Positions 59,219 through 64,000 of a stretch of 64,000 nucleotides of DNA are shown piece after piece. The translations under genes and the position numbers were made by a program. Each line of letters begins with the position of its first letter. Position 1 is the stretch's first letter. A model generated the notes under the pieces. That model made no database searches, was not told the origin of the DNA, and saw only the letters and a list, made by a program, of their open reading frames with translations. This stretch comes from Candidatus Omnitrophota bacterium (GTDB lineage: Bacteria; Hinthialibacterota; Hinthialibacteria; Hinthialibacterales; Hinthialibacteraceae): assembly GCA_003598175.1 (NCBI GenBank), contig QZKN01000050.1, positions 57,334 through 121,333 of the forward strand, given 5' to 3'.

Positions 59219-59563
59219 AACGACTCATCCTTTCATTGCCATATTACTGCCAATCTTTCTAAAGACTACAATTTCTACCCGACACAGATTGAACTCGAAT
59301 CGGGTAAAGCAAGCGTCTCGCTTGCACGTACAATGCAGGCGAGGACGCCTGCTTTACCCACGAATTGAAAAACTAAAATTATAGTGGATAAAGTTTCTCT
59401 GCATATGCAATGATCCTATTATCCGGTTGACGCTGGGAACGTTGTATCATATCATCCCCTCCCAATCAATAGTCGTATACAATATCATTTCATCAATTGA
59501 ATAAATAAAGATGGATCGATGATCTGAGAAGAGATATCGTAGTAAAAAAGATTGGGGAAAACC

Positions 59564-62359
59564 ATGAAACATAGGATCGGATTCATTTTTTTAACCATAG
59601 CCCTTTTCACTGTCGGATTATCTCCGGCGAACACTCAGAATCAACTCCCTGTTCAAATCAGCTGGGGGCATGAATCTCCGAACCAAAGTTCATTTTTTAT
59701 CAAATTGACAACTGTTGATGTAGCCATTGAAAACAACCAGGGCTTTTCATTGGAAACGGACGATCATTTTGAAAACGGAGTGTGGCAAACACAGGCGGGA
59801 AACGGCGATATCGACGGGGTGGAAGTGATGTTGGATTATCCGGACGCGCCCGTCAAGATCATTCAAAACCTGCATATCATTTGGGCCGATCTGATTACGC
59901 AGAGTGATCCGGATACCGCCCGGCGGCTCACTCTTGATCCTGCTTATCGCCGAGATTCACGCAAGTTAACCATTCAAACGGACAGTGAAGGGATAAAAGG
60001 GTTCTCCGTAACTGTCGATCAGCTACTTCAAAACAAGGTTTTTTGGATTCCATCGCTGGATATTTTTCTAAGCGCCGGAGATCCGCCGGTTTCATTTTTC
60101 AATCATCAAAAACAGATCGGAGAATGGAAAGGGAAGAGAGTATTGCAGCAGGTTCAGGTGGAACCGGAAGCGACATACGAGCAATACACTTCCCGCTGGG
60201 AAGATATGGGCGATCCGCATTACACCCATCCGGCCCAGCCTGCGCCGGGCCACATCGTCTGTCTGGCGTGGGACAGCGCCATTTATAAATTCGGCGTTGA
60301 TCGCGGCGCGGGGGTGTGGAACGATTTGGGAAATCCTGATCATTTCCGTTTTTGGTACGATTTCGGCGACCTGGCGCAGGGCATAACAAAAACATGGAAA
60401 AACCAGAAATTGGAAAACGGGCTTCCCATCATCATTACTTTTTTCGAGAAGAACGGCGTGCGTTATGAAGTCGAGCAATTCGCCTATCCTCTCCACGGGC
60501 CGCCGCGGGAACGGCGCGGCGACATCCCGATGGCGCTGCTGCAAAAGGTGAAACTGACGGAATTGACGGGGAAAGAACAGTGGGCGTCCTTTACGATGAG
60601 TCATCGCAGAAAATTGGCTGCCGACGTGAATATCCTGGCGGACAAATCCGGACGTTCCACTTTTTTCAAAACAGACAAACGACAGGACATTTTATTTACG
60701 ATTGAAGAAAACGAGAATCCTATCGCATGGAGCGGCGTCCATGACTACCAAAAAGAGATGAAGCGAATCGACGTGACGGTATTCACAAACCTTCCCGCAA
60801 ACGGTTCTCGTGAATGGGTGGTGAAATTGCCTTCGCCGGTTGTTTCCCATGAAAATCAATCCATACTGTTCGCATTGGATTATGAAAAAACTCGCGAAGA
60901 GACACGAAATTTTGGGGAATCGTACCTTTCCCGCGGCGCACAATTTCTCGTCCCGGAAAACGTGGTAAACGAACTGTTTCGGGCGAATTTGTGGCACGCC
61001 TTGCGATTGCCGCGACGAGCCACGGATCTACAAAACAAGGTTACCATCGATCTTCCTTACTCGAACTTCGCCTATGGACAGAATGGAACGCCGTGGCCGG
61101 TCAATCAGGCGGTATATGTCGACTACATGCTTTATGATCTGCGAGGATACCACGATATTGCCTTGGAAGAACTCGCCGCCATCTACGACAATAACCAGGA
61201 AACGAATGGGCATGTGCGGGGCTACGCGAATTGGGTGGTGTACACGCCGGGGATGATGGTCGCCGCGGCGAAAAACTATTTATTATCTCAGGATCGCAAT
61301 GCGTTCGAAACGATACTGCCGCAAACGCTGAAAGCGCTGAAATGGTGTCTTTCGGAAATCAAAAACGGGCAGGAACATGCTGAACAAACCGGCGGCCTTG
61401 TGAAAGGACCGCTGAACGATGGCACCGGCGATGGGCTCTGGGCGTTTAATCAGGCCTACATATATGCGGGTTTGCAGCTTTTGGGGCGTGCATTACAACA
61501 AATTGACCATCCTCAAGCGGAGGAATGTATAGAAACCGCTCAAATATTCAAAAAAAAGGTGGAAAACGAATTTAACAAAGCGGCCATGCGATCGCCCTTA
61601 GTGCAACTGCGGGATCACAGCTGGATTCCGTATGTACCCTGCGAGGCAGCCACGTTTGGGCGGATTTTCGAGCAGTGGTATCCGACCGACGTGGACACGG
61701 GCGCGTTGCATCTTATCCGGCTGAAAGCGCTACCCGCCGACGGCGAGCTGGCGAACGCGTTGTTGAACGATCACGAGGATAATCTCTTCCTGCATGGCTG
61801 GGGAATCGCCAACGAGCCGGTGTATAACCAGCAGGCGACGGCGTATCTGTTGCGCGACGATCCCAAGGCCGCCATTCGTGCTTTTTATAGTTATATGGCG
61901 AGCGGATTCAGCCACACCGTGCTCGAGCCGGTGGAGCACCGCTGGACGCATGGACAGTATTTCGGGCCGCCCAGTACGGACGGCGCCTGGTTCGAGTTGT
62001 ATCGCCATATGCTGATTCATGAGTGGGAGGATGATTCGTTGTTGTTGGCGCAGGCGACGCCGCGGGCTTGGCTGGAAGCGGGGAACGTGATCCGTGTGGA
62101 ACGAGCGCCGACTTATTACGGAAAAATTTCTTATCAAATCGAGAGCCGCGCCGACGCCGGACAAATCCGCGCGGAAATCGAAATGCCCACGCATTCTTCC
62201 CCGAATCAGCTTCTGGTGCGCTTGCGGCATCCGCGAAGCCAATCCATGCAATCCGTCGCCGTCAATGGAGAAATGTGGAATGATTATGATGTGCATAAAG
62301 AATGGGTGCGAATCGAACATCCATCGCGCCGGCATTACGTCATCCTCGTGAATTATTAA
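59564..62359 (+). CDS. large secreted hypothetical protein (~930 aa; possible (alpha/alpha)6-barrel glycoside-hydrolase-like C-terminal region)
   Basis: Signal peptide MKHRIGFIFLTIALFTVGLSPANT. No confident family assignment. Confidence 0.45.
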   Translation: MKHRIGFIFLTIALFTVGLSPANTQNQLPVQISWGHESPNQSSFFIKLTTVDVAIENNQGFSLETDDHFENGVWQTQAGNGDIDGVEVMLDYPDAPVKIIQNLHIIWADLITQSDPDTARRLTLDPAYRRDSRKLTIQTDSEGIKGFSVTVDQLLQNKVFWIPSLDIFLSAGDPPVSFFNHQKQIGEWKGKRVLQQVQVEPEATYEQYTSRWEDMGDPHYTHPAQPAPGHIVCLAWDSAIYKFGVDRGAGVWNDLGNPDHFRFWYDFGDLAQGITKTWKNQKLENGLPIIITFFEKNGVRYEVEQFAYPLHGPPRERRGDIPMALLQKVKLTELTGKEQWASFTMSHRRKLAADVNILADKSGRSTFFKTDKRQDILFTIEENENPIAWSGVHDYQKEMKRIDVTVFTNLPANGSREWVVKLPSPVVSHENQSILFALDYEKTREETRNFGESYLSRGAQFLVPENVVNELFRANLWHALRLPRRATDLQNKVTIDLPYSNFAYGQNGTPWPVNQAVYVDYMLYDLRGYHDIALEELAAIYDNNQETNGHVRGYANWVVYTPGMMVAAAKNYLLSQDRNAFETILPQTLKALKWCLSEIKNGQEHAEQTGGLVKGPLNDGTGDGLWAFNQAYIYAGLQLLGRALQQIDHPQAEECIETAQIFKKKVENEFNKAAMRSPLVQLRDHSWIPYVPCEAATFGRIFEQWYPTDVDTGALHLIRLKALPADGELANALLNDHEDNLFLHGWGIANEPVYNQQATAYLLRDDPKAAIRAFYSYMASGFSHTVLEPVEHRWTHGQYFGPPSTDGAWFELYRHMLIHEWEDDSLLLAQATPRAWLEAGNVIRVERAPTYYGKISYQIESRADAGQIRAEIEMPTHSSPNQLLVRLRHPRSQSMQSVAVNGEMWNDYDVHKEWVRIEHPSRRHYVILVNY

Positions 62360-62373
62360 AAAAGGAGAATGTT

Positions 62374-63762
62374 ATGTTTACCCGAACGTTGTCTGTTATT
62401 CTGTTTTGCCTGTTTTCCACTCTCGCCTATTCCCAATCTCAAAACGCAATGATTACGGTTGATTTCAATCAGAGGTTGGGACCGCTTGAAATCGATCGTT
62501 TCGCGCTGGGACAAGGCGGATTATCGGAAGAACCGATGTGGGAAAATCGCGTCGCTGAAATACGCGCCCTGCGCCCCCGGCTGATTCGGTTGTTTATTCA
62601 GGAATATTTCGATTTGTTGCCGGCTCGCGGGCGCTATCATTTTGATACACTCGATCGTTCCGTCGATCTGATCCTCGCCACCGGCGCAACGCCGTTGATG
62701 TGCATCGTCTTCAAACCTCGTGTGCTGTTTCCTGTCGTGGATCAGGATATTGTGGAGCCGAACGATTTTGGGGAATGGGAAACATTGATATTCAATCTTG
62801 TAAAACATTACAAAGAACGGAATGCAGGGATCCGCTATTGGGAAATCATCAACGAACCGGATATCGGCGAGTCGGGCGGCTGTCCGTATCGTTTCCGTCC
62901 TGAAAATTATCCCCGATTTTATCAGCGCACAGTCAACGCCGTCCTCCGCGCCGATCCGGACGCACTGGTCGGAGGGCCGGCTTTGGCCAATTCGAATTCA
63001 CTGATTTTACCCGCATTATTGGATTATTGTGAACAACAAAAGACGCCCTTGCATTTCGTTTCCTGGCACATCTACAGCAGCGATCCACTGCACATTCGAT
63101 CGACGATTGACAACATGAAAACGCTTCTCAAAAACTATCCCTCTCTCAAACCGGAAACGATTTTGAACGAATGGAATATGTCGCTTGGCAATCCATCCAA
63201 CGATCCGCGTTTTCAACCCTGCTTTATCGCCGAAACGGCCTGGCAGATGTTCGATGCGGGATTGGATTATTCCTGCTATTATCATATTCGTGATTACCAC
63301 GTCTCGTTCGAGCGTTTCGCGCAATTCATGTCCCCCGGCGGAACCGCCTTTATGGCGAAATGGTGGAATCGGGCGCCGCAATATGACGGATTGTTCGATT
63401 TTCAAAATACCATGCGCCCTTCCTATTTTGTTTTTAAATTGCTTTCCCGTTTGACGGGAGAGCGCCTGGCTCTGGTTTCCGATCATTCCACGATTCACGG
63501 ATTTGCCGCGTATGATGAAACCTATCAACTGTACAATCTGTTGGTATGGAATTTCTCAAACACGGCAGCGCATGTTGATCTGGCATGCAATAACTTGCCA
63601 TCCGATATGATCGCCGTTCCGATCGTTTTGGACGCGATGACGGCAAGCAATGATGAAAACATCCGTTTGCGGCGCGAACGTGTAATGGAAATCAAAAGAG
63701 AACATGCAACAATAAGAGGTTTGTTTGAGCCATATGGTGTGAAGTTCTGGTCGATGGAATGA
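62374..63762 (+). CDS. putative clan GH-A (TIM-barrel) glycoside hydrolase, secreted
   Basis: RYWEIINEPD (NEP acid/base motif of GH-A families such as GH5/GH39), signal peptide, AAAGGAGA RBS. Overlaps the preceding gene only through the over-extended ORF-track start 62302. Confidence 0.45.
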   Translation: MFTRTLSVILFCLFSTLAYSQSQNAMITVDFNQRLGPLEIDRFALGQGGLSEEPMWENRVAEIRALRPRLIRLFIQEYFDLLPARGRYHFDTLDRSVDLILATGATPLMCIVFKPRVLFPVVDQDIVEPNDFGEWETLIFNLVKHYKERNAGIRYWEIINEPDIGESGGCPYRFRPENYPRFYQRTVNAVLRADPDALVGGPALANSNSLILPALLDYCEQQKTPLHFVSWHIYSSDPLHIRSTIDNMKTLLKNYPSLKPETILNEWNMSLGNPSNDPRFQPCFIAETAWQMFDAGLDYSCYYHIRDYHVSFERFAQFMSPGGTAFMAKWWNRAPQYDGLFDFQNTMRPSYFVFKLLSRLTGERLALVSDHSTIHGFAAYDETYQLYNLLVWNFSNTAAHVDLACNNLPSDMIAVPIVLDAMTASNDENIRLRRERVMEIKREHATIRGLFEPYGVKFWSME

Positions 63763-63791
63763 TATTAGCGGCGGCAACCGTCCGTATGCAA

Positions 63792-63918
63792 AAATGCGCC
63801 AGCAAAAAGTCGGATTACATTTTGGAACCGGCACAGATTGTCGTATCAATCAACAATCTGTCACTATATATTGTGCAGACAGGATGTCCGCACCACAAAT
63901 TTTGACTTTTTGCCGGGG
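63792..63918. repeat. MITE/REP-like intergenic repeat, copy C (full length)
   Basis: Terminal inverted repeats gcaaaaagtcgg / tgactttttgcc. Internal hairpin acagattgt-cgtatcaatca-acaatctgt. About 88% identical to copy B. Confidence 0.7.
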
Positions 63919-64000
63919 TGTTTTCAAAGCCCTTTCTGCTGTTCGAACTCCCGCGTCCATGCAATCGATTTGGGAATCCCTTCCGACAGCGACGTTTGCG

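Noticed and set aside
1-64000. CRISPR arrays, rRNA genes, intact tRNA genes
   Set aside because: No regularly spaced short direct repeats with unique spacers, no rRNA-like conserved stretches, and no complete cloverleaf found by eye.

Overview
This 64-kb window is a gene-dense bacterial chromosomal segment of about 50-55% GC with genes on both strands. Several gene families typical of Planctomycetota/Verrucomicrobiota-like genomes are present. The taxon call is inference only. These families are: two paralogous prepilin-type N-terminal cleavage/methylation-domain proteins; Gfo/Idh/MocA oxidoreductases (one with a Tat signal); xylose-isomerase-like TIM-barrel proteins; a tandem DUF1080 protein; and an FG-GAP/dockerin protein. 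Housekeeping genes include recQ, an RNase D-like gene, a pssA-like CDP-alcohol phosphatidyltransferase, a homocysteine S-methyltransferase-domain protein, a FetAB-like ABC exporter, a PhoB/OmpR-type response regulator, MFS transporters, glycosyltransferases, and many secreted hydrolases (CocE/NonD, alpha/beta hydrolase, SGNH, M48, SLT, beta-lactamase-like, GH-A-like). The window is unusually rich in type II toxin-antitoxin modules: Phd-RelE, a YafQ-like pair, two HicAB pairs and a HEPN-MNT pair. Two of the toxins (RelE, HEPN) carry single in-frame TAA stop codons. Three families of short intergenic repeat/hairpin elements are visible. The 45.99-47.9 kb region looks like a decayed integrative element: a tRNA 3' fragment, an AlpA/Xis-like HTH gene, and about 230-bp direct repeats flanking hicBA. 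Other points of interest are a P-loop NTPase with internal transmembrane helices (KAP-like), a TIM-barrel::Gfo/Idh/MocA fusion protein, and an AT-rich Cys-rich membrane protein gene divergent from a PflX-like radical SAM gene. No rRNA, intact tRNA or CRISPR array was found. Start codons were re-evaluated by eye against RBS-like motifs; several ORF-track starts were alternative (TTG/GTG) or spurious N-terminal extensions.
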